Position numbers and translations under genes: made by a program. Positions 26,436 to 38,114 of a stretch of 64,000 bases of DNA are shown here, one piece after another; within the stretch, counting starts at the first letter, position 1; each line of letters opens with the position of its first letter. This DNA comes from Octopus bimaculoides (taxonomy: Eukaryota), in the NCBI RefSeq assembly GCF_001194135.2, contig NC_068981.1, positions 149,751,617 through 149,815,616 of the forward strand, written 5' to 3'. Below the pieces are notes generated by a model that saw only the letters and a list, made by a program, of their open reading frames with translations, searched no databases and was not told where the DNA came from.

Positions 26436-27388
26436 TAGGGTGCGATTGGTAAATTGTCGTCATTTTATATTATTTGCTCGCGCATGCCCATTGATTGTTT
26501 TTGATTTTGTCGACTACAAAATATAGTGCCGTCTGTTGGGTACCGTCTGTGAGAAGAGCAGCGCCATGATGCAATACACTTTGGCAGAAATTTGGAAACA
26601 GCATGCTGTACTGCTTGACTTTCGCACCGGAAGCTCCAATACGAACATTTCAGAGTGTTTGGGTGTCAATCTGAAGACAGTGCAATCAGAGGACATGTAT
26701 CGAGAGTGATAAAAATCAAACATCCAGTCAACATCATGGTGTTTAGAGTTTTGACGAGTGCTGACGATGTTATGCCTCCATTCACCTTTTCACAAGGTCC
26801 CAACTCAACATAGCGGCCTACATCAAGTATCTGGAGGAGGTAGTGCTGCTTTGGGTCAAGAGAGTGGAGCTGGAAGACTCTATGTCTGGCAACAGGATTC
26901 TGCACCATGCCACACAATCAGAAGGACCCAGTCATCAGTGTCAGACAATTTCTGCGACCACATTACCCCTAAGATCTGTTCACCTAACTCCCCAGACTGC
27001 AACCCGCTTCATTACTATGTGTGGGGCGCAGTTGAGTGAGAGACCAATAAAACTTCTTGTACCACCAAAGATGAACTAAAGGCAAGGATTATGGCAGCAT
27101 TCAGTAACTTAAACAAGGAAACCGTTCAGAAGAGTTGCAAGAGATTCCGAAGTCTTTTGGAGTCCACGGTTGAAGCCATTGGCAATTTTATTGAATAGAT
27201 TTATTCTTTAGTATTTCAAGATATTTTTATGTAATGTTGATAAATATATCTATTAAAATGTGATGTCTGTGTTATTTTCATATTTGCGTAATTTAGACGA
27301 CGGTTTATTTACCACACACTTTATATATGTGTGTGTGTGTGTGTGTGTATTCGTGTAATTTAGACGACAGTATATCCACCGCACCCTG
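26436..27388 (+). mobile_element. Internally deleted Tc1/mariner element of the DD37D (maT) family
   Basis: TIR pair (t)agggtgcgattggtaaattgtcgtc / gacgacagtatatccaccgcaccctg with TA flanks. Peptide KHPVNIMVF..YVWQQDSAPCHT..CSPNSPDCNPLHYYVWGAVE..KDELKARI has exactly 37 residues between the QQD aspartate and the third catalytic position, which is H here. Confidence 0.9.
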
Positions 27389-28997
27389 TATATATATAGG
27401 CACACTGGTAAGCTAGTGTACCTATATATGTATATAACGATTTATATGAAGGTTATATATAGATACAGCATAAACATATCTTATGTCCATAATACGAAGG
27501 CCATATATATATACATGTATGTAGGAACATATTTTGATATGTTAGTTTATTATTCTGAGTTAATATTCTAATATCTATATTTTGGAAATATTTATGTGTA
27601 TGCTTGGGTGATTAATCCTTCATATTTTGTATAATGAATAAATATCTATGGAGATCTATTTATTAAATGAGAATAGCCAAAATAAACATGACGCGAAATT
27701 ATTAAATTGGATTTATTTATTTCCTATTCGCAAAAATAAAATGCATCATATAGACCACAGGACTGAAATCCAAGATGAATAAAACTAAATTTGTTATGCA
27801 TTAAGACAATGACTTCTTACAAGTGTTACATAGACATTTTAGACTAGAAACACTCGCCACTGGATAAACGTCACTTCTGAAGCCTTTGTATTGTAAACTT
27901 AGAACCCTAAAGGACATAACGAGATACTGAAAGGCAGTTTGCTCGCTGATCTACCTTTCCTGTCATCTAATTTTCCACAAGTTTCAGCTGACATTCCCAA
28001 TGCATATAGGAAAAGTGGGTATATTATCTTCGAGTATACTGCCGCTAAATTCAATGTCTTTCAAAGGATAATTTGCATTAGTTGTGTAAGTTAATATATA
28101 TTTTTTAAAATGCACTCTCAGAATCTTAGACTTTAAGTCGCAAGTAATTATTACACCGTGCCCAATGAATTCCTACTCGTTTAAAAAGCGTTTAAAAGAG
28201 CCAACTATTTGTATTAATAATAAATGTAATATACCTTTATTATATGTTGCCTTCAAGATATAAAATTATGTATGTTGATTAGGTTGAAATATTTGTGCCC
28301 AGAGAATGCTAAGCGTAATGTTTGAAAGTAGCAGTATAACAGTAGTATAGTGGGTGCTTTTCTATTCGTATAATAAAAGGTTTTAAACTATCTGCTATGC
28401 TACAATGATAACGTAAAATTTATTGATCAATTATAATACATATATGAATATGTGAACACGTGTATGATTCTGCGAGTGTTTGAATACGTTTATGTGTACG
28501 GGTGTGTGGTTTCGTAACCTTCGGTTCGGTAGATTGCTTATCAAGCCTCCCAAATAAAGAACACATTACTTTGAATATATGCACTTGCATGATAATGTGA
28601 ACACCATATCTGCGGGACATGCTGATATCTATGTGTGCATGCTTATGTGTATGTGCATATGTATGTGTATGCGTGTGCATTATAAGTTATTGATATGTAC
28701 AATTTACATTTGAAATCAATGTCGTGGATGTCGGGAACAAACTCTTTCCTTCAATATTTAGGGCATTTGGAACAATCATTATTCCTAACCGAAAAATATT
28801 TGTATTAATAAAATTCTCGTAGCTACCCAGGTTTCATTAAGGAAAATACCAAATGTGTTGGTAACAGTAACTAGGGCGCTACAACTACAGGAATTACTTT
28901 ACAAAAACTCTCACATCCTACGCATTTAATTTGCTAAGTATTTATATGTTCCTGTTCTTTCGTTTTCTTTAACCGTTACATTCATGTCAGCAGACAC

Positions 28998-29070
28998 AGA
29001 GCTGGCAGAATCGTTAGCACGCCGGGCAAACTGCTTACCAGTATTTCCTCCATCTATTCAAATCTTTCGG
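28998..29070 (+). mobile_element. SINE family A head fragment
   Basis: gagctggcagaatcgttagcacgccgggcaaactgctta..gtatttc..c.t.t..attcaaat. Confidence 0.6.
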
Positions 29071-29253
29071 AATAGTTCCCAATGCACCTGTAACTACAGG
29101 AAGATATTTTTTTATCTAAAACTTTCACATCTCATCGGATACATCGTTGGACTTTTGCAAATTATTTTCCCTTCATATTTCATATGTTTTATTATTTCTA
29201 TGTGTTTTGAGTCAAGTTTTGTAGCGTAGAATGTACGTAGTATTTCAATATAG

Positions 29254-29318
29254 TCGTCACACCTCCAATGTTCTCGTTTGGTTTTGCTCCTCGTTTGGGC
29301 AGTGACATTAAGAGATGG
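29254..29318 (+). CDS. Candidate 65-nt internal exon of an unidentified host gene
   Basis: tttcaatatag acceptor, G/GTAAGT donor, GC-richer than the flanks, and two open frames (VTPPMFSFGFAPRLGSDIKRW or SSHLQCSRLVLLLVWAVTLRD). No homology recognised; could be chance. Confidence 0.2.
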
Positions 29319-29853
29319 GTAAGTCTAATCAATTTTAATTTTGTGAAAGAACCTTGTCTCTGGACCTGCGCTATGGCTACTTTCGTGCCATGATTGTTTG
29401 AGGCTTACAAATCGAAATTCACCTCTTTGTCTTCATTGTTTTCTTACCAGGCATAACTGCTTTATTCACCCCTCTTTTAAATGAGATGTATTGTAAATTA
29501 ATTTTTTATATATTCATTTAAGTTATATAAATACTGTGTTCAATGCTTTTTCGTTCACGTGCGAAATTATGTACGTGTTTATGTGTGAATTGCATAGATA
29601 TTATATTCCTTAGTGTATAAACAAGAAACATTAGTTTGTACAGGTGTGAAACATTAGTGTGTACATGTTTTTCTGTGATAACGTATGTATCTGGAAGAAA
29701 TTTTGCTACACATATGAGAGACATCTTTCAGTTTCCTGAAATGACGTACGTTAAAAAAATAATTTCCTTTCATTTTTCGCAGTTTCTTAAATATTGATTG
29801 GGGTTGATCTCAAATTTAATCATTCCTCGCAGGAAGCACGTTGACACACGTCC

Positions 29854-29863
29854 ATTATTATTA

Positions 29864-29919
<56 letters not shown>
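29854..29919. repeat. (ATT)n microsatellite at the 3' end of the R4/Dong element
   Basis: Direct reading. Confidence 0.95.
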
Positions 29920-31449
29920 GTTCAGTAGTTTTACTTTTATAACGTGCTTTCACTTCACTACCGAGCGCAGCTCTGTGCGCCTTGGGTATGTGCTGTGGTT
30001 TGCTGTGGTGCTCTTATGTTTACTGTATTGAAAGTGTTTTGCGTAGAATGTGTGCAGTACCCAGTAGTGTAATTTTCTGTATGTTATATATATTTGTAAG
30101 TCCTGGTGTTTTTGTTATGTATTTGTCTGAATATTTTTTTATTATACCTAAGGCACCTNNNNNNNNNNTGTATTTTTAAAGTTTTTCCATTTCTTTTAGA
30201 GAAACGTTGTCATCTGCTGTTATTAATACATCAATTAGAAAGCATTTTTTTCTTCGTGATCTTTGACAACTATATCTGGTCTATTTGCCTTAATTTCTCT
30301 ATCTGTGTGTATTGGCATATCCCAGAGTATGGTTGCTTTCTCGTTTTCTGTGACCTTTTCTGGTGTGTGTTTATACCATCTTTTTTCTGTTGTTATTCCA
30401 TAGTGTTGGCATAGCTTCCAGTGTATATAGGTCCCAGCTCTGTCGTGTCTGTGAAAATATTCCTTCTTAGCCAGGACTGGGCAGCCAGAGATAATATGAT
30501 TTATTGTTTATTGTCCATCTCCACATAGTCTACAGTTACTTCTTATGTTTCTTTTCATTATGTGTCTTTGGTAATTTCTGGTGGGGAGGCTTTGGTCTTG
30601 TGCAGCAATTAAAAATCCTTCAGTCTCTGCTTTGAGTCCTGAGCTTCTCAACCATTGCTGCCATCGTTTTATCATGTTCCGTTGCTGTTCTAGTTTTAGT
30701 TTCGATTTCATTTGTTTTATAGCTTTTGTTGTTGTTTCTTCTTCTTCTTCTTCTTCTTCTTCTTCTTCTTCTTCTTCTTCTTCTTCTTCTTCTTCTTCTT
30801 CTTCTTCTTCTTCTTCTNNNNNNNNNNNNNNNNNNNNNNNNNNNNNNNNNNNNNNNNNNNNNNNNNNNNNNNNNNNNNNNNNNNNNNNNNNNNNNNNNNN
30901 NNNNNNNNNNNNNNNNNNNNNNNNNNNNNNNNNNNNNNNNNNNNNNNNNNNNNNNNNNNNNNNNNNNNNNNNNNNNNNNNNNNNNNNNNNNNNNNNNNNN
31001 NNNNNNNNNNNNNNNNNNNNNNNNNNNNNNNNNNNNNNNNNNNNNNNNNNNNNNNNNNNNNNNNNNNNNNNNNNNNNNNNNNNNNNNNNNNNNNNNNNNN
31101 NNNNNNNNNNNNNNNNNNNNNNNNNNNNNNNNNNNNNNNNNNNNNNNNNNNNNNNNNNNNNNNNNNNNNNNNTCTTCTTCTTCTTCTTCTTCTTCTTCTT
31201 CTTCTTCTTCTTCTTCTTCTTCTTCTTCTTCTTCTTCTTCTTCTTCTTCTTCGTATTTGTTAGGTAGATTGATTTCTTGTTTGTATTTGTCAGCTTCCTT
31301 AAATACTGAAAACAGCTTTTTGTTTTGCTCGTGTTTTGTGGCTATTTGTATTAGTTTTCCTTGCTTCTGGAGTAGGTATTTTTGCAGTCCTATGGTGGTT
31401 ATTTTATTATAGTTTTCTAGCTGTATAAGACCCCTGCCACCTTCTGTGC

Positions 31450-31450
<1 letters not shown>
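29920..31450 (-). mobile_element. 5'-truncated R4/Dong-type non-LTR retrotransposon (RT C-terminus, CCHC zinc knuckle, restriction-like endonuclease)
   Basis: RTEGGRGLIQLE..; WLRSSGLKAETEGFLIAAQDQSLPTRNY..CRLCGDGQ*TINHIISGCPVLAKKEY.HRHD..HWKLC..ILWDMPIHTDREIKANRPDIVVKD..CFLIDV (PD..D RLE motif). Confidence 0.85.
30736..31252. repeat. (TTC)n microsatellite spanning an assembly gap, inside the LINE ORF
   Basis: Direct reading on both sides of N-run 30818-31172. Confidence 0.9.

Positions 31451-31515
<65 letters not shown>
31451..31515. repeat. (TTA)n microsatellite between two RLE-LINE pieces
   Basis: Direct reading. Confidence 0.95.
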
Positions 31516-31850
31516 GCTGTTGTTATTTTTGTTGGTGTTGTTGTTGTTGTTGTTTCTCTTTAGCAGAGGTTTTACTGGAGCTCCTAGAGTTTTGCATACG
31601 CAGCGGAATAGCTACCTGCAGCCTACGGAACAATGCTGTCCGTTCTTTTCAGCCATCTAATACTTTCCTGATTATTCTGGCCGTGCCAAGGAGGCAAAAC
31701 GTTTGCAACAGTTCTACTGGGCACTTTATTCCAATTTCCTTTATATTCCCCTTGATGTCTGATACTTTCCAAGGATCGAAAAATAATTGGCACTATCTTC
31801 ACCTTCTTCGTATTCCATAGCCGGGCTATTTCGCACTTAAGAGGGCTGCA
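31516..31850 (-). mobile_element. 3' end of a second RLE-type (R4/Dong-like) LINE
   Basis: LKCEIARLWNTKKVKIVPIIF then, after a frameshift, LGTARIIRKVLDG*, followed by an (AAC)n/(AAT)n tail. Confidence 0.7.
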
Positions 31851-32200
31851 ACTTACTTTATCGAAGCTGAAAGTAGAAAGATCAAAATAGAACCCGGCGG
31901 TATTTGAACTCAGAACTTGAAAGATAGACGAAATGCAGCTAAGAATTTTAACCAACGTACTAACGATTCTGCAACCTCACAGAATATATTGATCTTAAAT
32001 TTTGTGCACAAGGCCAGCAAGGCAAGTGATGGAAATGTGTCGATTACATCGACCGCAGTACTCAACTGGTACTTATTTTATCTACCCTGAAGAGATGAAA
32101 AGCAAATTCGACCATGACGGAATTTGAACTCAGAAAGTAAAGACGAACAAAATGCTGCGTAGTATTTCGCCCAGTGTGCTAACGACGCTGCCAGCTCACC
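31850..32200 (-). mobile_element. Two tandem SINE family A copies
   Basis: atttgaactcagaa..aagac..acgaaatgc.gc and gctaacga..ctgc(c)a each occur twice (about 31850-31980 and 31985-32200). Confidence 0.7.
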
Positions 32201-32740
32201 ACATTAAAGAAAGTAAGTATGTTGAAAAGAGAACTGTGTCACCATATGCAGACATACATTTTAAATAAACAGTTCTCCACAGAAAACTATATTAAGTATG
32301 AAATCTATACTAGAACAACACGAGAGTATGTGAAAATAGCATCTGCATATGTCAGATCATAATTCTATTTTGGAATTCTGTACCATTGCCAATATTTAAA
32401 ATGGAAATTCGAAAATAGGAGACTACATCGTCTTTGGGATCTATGTCATATGCCAAATTCCTGATTAAACTTTCACATCATTATTTATCAGGTTTTCTAA
32501 AATTTAATAACGGCAGCAACTAAACGATTTCAATTGCAGTTTCATAGATTGTTGTTGGTGATGTTATTTTTCAGAGGTCGGCCCTAATTGAGTAAGCTTA
32601 TAAACAAAGCGTTTGCGACAGTCAACACCCTACTTTGTTTCTTGGCATAAATTAACCAGTATTCCATCATTTAGATAAGTAGGTAGAGTGTAATTTAAGG
32701 GAGATTTCGACTGCCACTTCATAGTTCGAAACTTATATAC

Positions 32741-32801
<61 letters not shown>

Positions 32802-33191
32802 NNNNNNNNNNNNNNNNNNNNNNNNNNNNNNNNNNNNNNNNNNNNNNNNNNNNNNNNNNNNNNNNNNNNNNNNNNNNNNNNNNNNNNNNNNNNNNNNNNN
32901 NNNNNNNNNNNNNNNNNNNNNNNNNNNNNNNNNNNNNNNNNNNNNNNNNNNNNNNNNNNNNNNNNNNNNNNNNNNNNNNNNNNNNNNNNNNNNNNNNNNN
33001 NNNNNNNNNNNNNNNNNNNNNNNNNNNNNNNNNNNNNNNNNNNNNNNNNNNNNNNNNNNNNNNNNNNNNNNNNNNNNNNNNNNNNNNNNNNNNNNNNNNN
33101 NNNNNNNNNNNNNNNNNNNNNNNNNNNNNNNNNNNNNNNNNNNNNNNNNNNNNNNNNNNNNNNNNNNNNNNNNNNNNNNNNNNNNNNNNNN

Positions 33192-33232
<41 letters not shown>

Positions 33233-33279
33233 GTATGTATGCATATATATATATTTTTTTAAATGTCACCACATGTGAA

Positions 33280-33470
33280 TCGTTTCCGATTTTTTACCTT
33301 CGTGTTCCTTTTACCTCGGACTTTCCTCTGTCTCCTGTTTCTGAAGAAAAGCTTTGCTCGAAACGTAAAACCACCTTTCTTTCCTTCCCTGAGCGTCTGC
33401 TAATACTTTGTATGTACCACGTCCTCGCTTTGTTGTTTATTCTTGCGTTTGTACTTCGTTTTTGGAGTGA
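33280..33470 (+). mobile_element. Short repeat resembling a Penelope pseudo-LTR and carrying a hammerhead motif
   Basis: Shares tgtctcc, gctcgaaacgt, gagcgtc..ctaata and ccac..gtcctcg..tgttg with the reverse complement of 59846-60007. The pLTR assignment is inference from the hammerhead and the nearby PLE. Confidence 0.5.
33337..33371 (+). ncRNA. Minimal type-I hammerhead ribozyme motif
   Basis: GTTT-CTGAAGA-A-AAGC-TTT-GCTC-GAAAC-GT-A-AAAC: stem I GTTT/AAAC, intact CUGAnGA and GAAA cores, palindromic ACGT in place of stem III, GUA cleavage triplet; A.C mismatch at the base of stem II. Confidence 0.6.
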
Positions 33471-33629
33471 TTTACTATATATATATATGTATGTCTATAT
33501 ATACATATATTTGTATCATGTATATATCTTTGTATATATAACAGCAACAAAAATATATAGGAATAAGAGCATATCTTTAGTTTAGATCACACTTCAAATG
33601 CAACAACTGTTTCAGTTGCATTAACATAT

Positions 33630-33842
33630 GCTTTTCTACTCTAGGCACAGGGCTCGAAATTTTGGGGGAGTGGGCCAATTGATTAAATCGAACCAGTATG
33701 CAACTGGTACTTAATTTATTGAACCCTAAGGGACGAAAATCAAAGTTGACCTCGGCGGTATTTAAACTCAGAACATAAAGACAAACGAAATACCACTAAC
33801 CATTTCGCCCGGCCTGATAACGTTTATGCCAGCTCGCCTCCT
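33630..33842 (-). mobile_element. SINE family A, near full length
   Basis: Reverse complement reads ggaggcgagctggcataaacgttatcaggccgggcgaaatg..gttctgagtttaaataccgccgaggtcaactttg..ataaattaagtaccagttg..ccctgtgcctagagtagaaaag. Confidence 0.8.
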
Positions 33843-33880
33843 TCAGTTACATTAACATATGCATACGCACAAATATATTT

Positions 33881-33923
<43 letters not shown>

Positions 33924-34244
33924 GTGTGTAATATTATGAAAATTCGTAATAATATTTACGAAAATCAATGTCAACACCACACTATCAAGTTTGTCCAAAT
34001 TGGTGAAATTCCAACTGGACATTTGGAAAACTTTTAGTTGTTAATAAACACTAACAACATGAAACGCCAAATTAGATTTAGCATTCATTCATTCCTTCAA
34101 ACAAGAGTGACGTCAATGAACACCTAGTTTTCTCAATGTCTCATGTTGCGCCTTGGTTAAGTTTGGTTTAATTTTCGATCCCTTCCGTAAGATGTTGGAG
34201 ATAGACTTTCAGTGTGGATAGTTTGCAGTTGAGTTCTCGGTTGG

Positions 34245-34860
34245 TTGGGGGTGGACAACACCTACTTCTCTTTCCATAATCACATATATAAACAAACAAC
34301 ACGTCTCCCCATGGGATCCAGTCTCTCGGGCCTACTAGCCATCAGTTATACGAACCATCTGAAACGTCGAGCACTCAACATCTGCCGCTCATGCGACTTT
34401 TTAGCAGGTACGCTGATGACTTTCTTATACTCACATCCTCCTGTGGAGAGACAGACAGAATATTCACGACGTTCAACAACATGGACATGAATATACGGTT
34501 CCCTATAGAACATCCCGACAACGCTGGATCCCTATCGCTGCTCGATTTCCAACTGAAAATAACGCAAGGAGATATCCACACCGAGTTATACAGGAAAGCA
34601 GCCAGTAGAGATATGTTTGTTCACTACAATTCAGCCCTTCTACTCGGTGTCAAAATAGGATCCGCCAGAAATGAAATTACACGCATCCAGATCAAGTGCA
34701 GCAAGACAGAGGACAAGGTGACCCACACCACATGCTTCATAGAGGTATTGAAAACCAACGGGTACCTATATCCATTGCAAATCGGCTTAAGTACCCAAGA
34801 CGACAAACACACCGAACACATAGAAGACCTAGTAACACACGCTTCCTTAAAATACCCCCA
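34245..34860 (+). mobile_element. Penelope-like element RT, central and C-terminal part
   Basis: NTYFSFHNHIYKQTTRLPMGSSLSGLLAISY..LFSRYADDFLIL..RFPIEHPDNAGSLSLLDF..TELYRK..NEITRIQIKCS. Confidence 0.85.
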
Positions 34861-34893
34861 TTTTAGTGAGTGTCTGTGTGTGTGTGTGTGTGT

Positions 34894-34988
<95 letters not shown>

Positions 34989-34989
34989 T

Positions 34990-35170
34990 TATGAGCGAAA
35001 AGGATAAGTTCCCCGCGGCTTCAAAAGAAGGTAATGGCGAACTTCTGCTGACTCTTTCGCCACAACTTTCACTCCTGCACCTAGCAGCTCACCTGTGATG
35101 GACCGGCGTCACGTCCAACTGGGGAACCTATACCACCGGAAAACCAGCCCTTATGAGCCAGGCATGAATC
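34990..35170 (+). mobile_element. SINE-like fragment
   Basis: GC-rich segment containing cctgtgatggaccggcgtcacgtcca, similar to the gatggac..cgtcc motif of V/Meta-type SINE bodies (from recollection). Confidence 0.3.
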
Positions 35171-35171
35171 G

Positions 35172-35990
35172 TGAAGGAACAAGCAGCAACAACAAAGGAG
35201 TGTCTTGTAGTTCTTGACGTGTATGGGTTTCAGGATGTGCGAGAGGAGCCAAAATATTTTCTACAAAGGTTTTTCCACGCTGGAGACGATGGGTCTAATC
35301 TGGATCATGTTGCTATCCTTGTGTGCTTTAATGAGGTGATAGAATCTGGGTAATCTACTGCTCTTTGTGATGTTGTTCTTGTATTTGCTATGTAGTTGTC
35401 TCCGTCTACAAATATCAGTCCATGCAGTGTTAATTCGGTCTTCAATCCTGGTCGCAGTTGTATCAGTCGCTTCAGAATATAGTCAGTCATTGCTTAAATA
35501 TTCTAGTGTCAGTCTATCATAAATTTGACAAGAAATTACGCAGATTTCTTTCCCTTCGTCTGTTTCATGTTGCGTCTTGGTTAAGTTTGGTATTATTTTC
35601 AATTCCTTCCTTAAGATGTGGGAGATAGACTGTTCTCGGTTGGTTGGCGGTGGGTGGTTGATACGTGGGGAATTTGCCGAATGTGTTGTTGTTGTTCTTG
35701 TTCTTTATTACCGATAGCCATTTTAGTTGGCAGGCTGTTCGACAAAAGTTGCCTTCCAGGTCGAGTAAGATTTTTTCGTTCGGCTGCTGGTTCAAGATAA
35801 AGTTCTAGTTCTTCATGACAGATTGACCCACTCAAGCCTGTGACTAGGTGTGCTAGCGTCCTCGATGTAGTGTTATCTTGTTCGGTGGACCTGTCCCGCT
35901 CATCTGTGTCGGTGTAATAGGCCGAGTTGTGCCGGTATTTGGTACAAAGCCACAGAAATTGTAGTTTGATACGTTTCTTCTCTTGGTCAA
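35172..35990 (-). mobile_element. Penelope-like element, N-terminal region and start of RT, opposite in orientation to 34245-34860
   Basis: Minus strand gives PRFYHLIKAHKDSNMIQIRPIVSSVEKPL*KIFWLLSHILK, matching the PLE motif PRFYGLPKIHK...RPIVS...LS.WL..IL. Confidence 0.8.
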
Positions 35991-36308
35991 CGCAGCGGTG
36001 TTAGCATCGGTTAATAGCTGCGGTTTTCAAGTGAATTCTACTTCCCCATATTTCCTACAAAAATTCTCAACAGGGACCTTTTCTGCTCGGATTTCACTTT
36101 TCAGTTTCGTCCGTTTTGTTCCAGTTGATTTCAAATTTGGTACGTTATGTAGTCTTGTATGCTAATGATTGAAATTCACATCATTTTTGCTTTAAATCAA
36201 AAGATAAACAGTTATTAACCATTAAAATTCTATTAGCTAATACTATTTGCCATTTACGACTTCTGACAAAAAATTATACATGCATGTATACATACATAAA
36301 TACATACA

Positions 36309-36340
<32 letters not shown>

Positions 36341-37037
36341 CACATACATAGATACATACATACATACATACATACATACATGTATTTTTCGAACATCTTT
36401 CTCCGTGTGGTCGGTTCGAAAAAAATTTAAGATATTAGGATATTTTCCTACTTTTCTTAACATGAAAGCAATGTTAGCCTTAATTCACAAATAAAGAAAT
36501 TATATATATATATGTGAATGAAGGCTAACATTTGCTAACATTTGCACGCACAAAATATTTGTTGTTCTATATAAATCGGTTTAATGGTTCATGTTTTAAA
36601 AACAATTGGTAAACGTACACCTATAATTCGTATAAGTACCTCGAAGTCAGAATTCATCGATTAGCTATTCCTTGAAAGCAAGCGTCTGATAGATATTATC
36701 AGACATGAACTTCTGGAAAATATATGTATTCTCTCCTTAGCAGTGGAGTTTATACAACATATATCGCTCAAATTTCCGTCTCAATGGGAATAAACATTCA
36801 ATGCAGTATCAGTCTCCTGACTTCAGATTAAATTGCTTTATTTTAATGATAACCGTTATTGATTATGTTCTCCTATAAACCCGAACCTGTTTGCTTTATG
36901 TAACGAACCAATTTTGCATCAAGAAGAAATCATTCTCCAAAGCTGGTCTAAATTTATCAATGGATAATGTTCCGATACGTTTATATGTACATACTCTATC
37001 TAGTAAAATACTTTCGTATAAAATTTCGTAAGATATT

Positions 37038-37218
37038 AATATTGATTTCAAATTTTGGCACACAGCTAGTAATTTCCGAGGAGGGAGTAAGTCGATTACA
37101 TCGACACCACCGAAAGATAAAGTCAACCGCAAAGAAATTTGGACTCAGAACGTCAAGACGGAAGAAATGCTGCTAAGCATTTTGCGGGAGCAGTAGCGAT
37201 TCTGCCGGGTCGCCTCCT
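37038..37218 (-). mobile_element. SINE family A, internally deleted
   Basis: tattgatttcaaattttggcaca..gggagtaagtcgattacatcgac..aaagtcaacc..ttggactcagaacgt..gctaagcattttg..cgattctgcc..tcgcctcc. Confidence 0.75.
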
Positions 37219-37822
37219 TCTTAAAATATTAATATAGAAATCTTACTTTGCAAACAATTCAGGTAATACAATCATAGCGATTTTTTAGGAGATAGTGAGG
37301 AAAGAAGATGACAGTTATATGCAGCTTATCTTCACTTCATTTTGAAAATAAATGTGCAGAAAAATAATTTTACGTTTTAAATAAATAAATAAATAAATAA
37401 ATATATATATATATATATATATTATAGTCTCCCATACTATTACTGCTATCATCATCTTATATTAGGAACATTTGATTTACGAGGTAGTTTCAATAAACAA
37501 ATATCTAAGGATCGAAAAAACATATACCAACATATTCAATATTTGATAAGTAATATCCAAGTAAGGCGTGAAAGTGCACAAAGTTATACATCAAATTGCC
37601 ATCCAAAAAATCAATAGAATTGAGCAGAATATTTAAACCCTATGCTCTTATGGTTGGGAAATATATAGTAAAAACTCGATTTCTGGAATATATTTTTAAA
37701 TAAATATGTTTTCCTCGTACATATTTCGATACAAACGAATATGTTATGTTAAACATAAACAAATTAATATTATTTGATTGCTAAATTAAAACTCAGACAC
37801 TCCCACACAAATACACACACAA

Positions 37823-37936
<114 letters not shown>

Positions 37937-38114
37937 GTTTGTGAGCTGGTGTCTGTCCGTATCTATCTATCTAACTATCCATACAAACATACATACATGT
38001 ACGCACGCACACACACACATATATATATATAGAGAGAGAGACAGAGAGAGAGGTAAGAGGGGGAAGAAGAAACAAGGAGAAAGTAAGGCATACAGCACAT
38101 TGTGGGTCGATTTT

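Noticed and set aside
29281-29300. FAPRLG resembling an FxPRLamide neuropeptide
   Set aside because: The Gly is not followed by a basic cleavage site (SDIKR), it is a single copy, and the reading frame is unproven.
34990-35050. ttccccgcggc..ggCGAActtctgctg resembling an HDV-like ribozyme 3' half
   Set aside because: No convincing P1/P2 5' strands or P4 could be paired; the similarity is partial.
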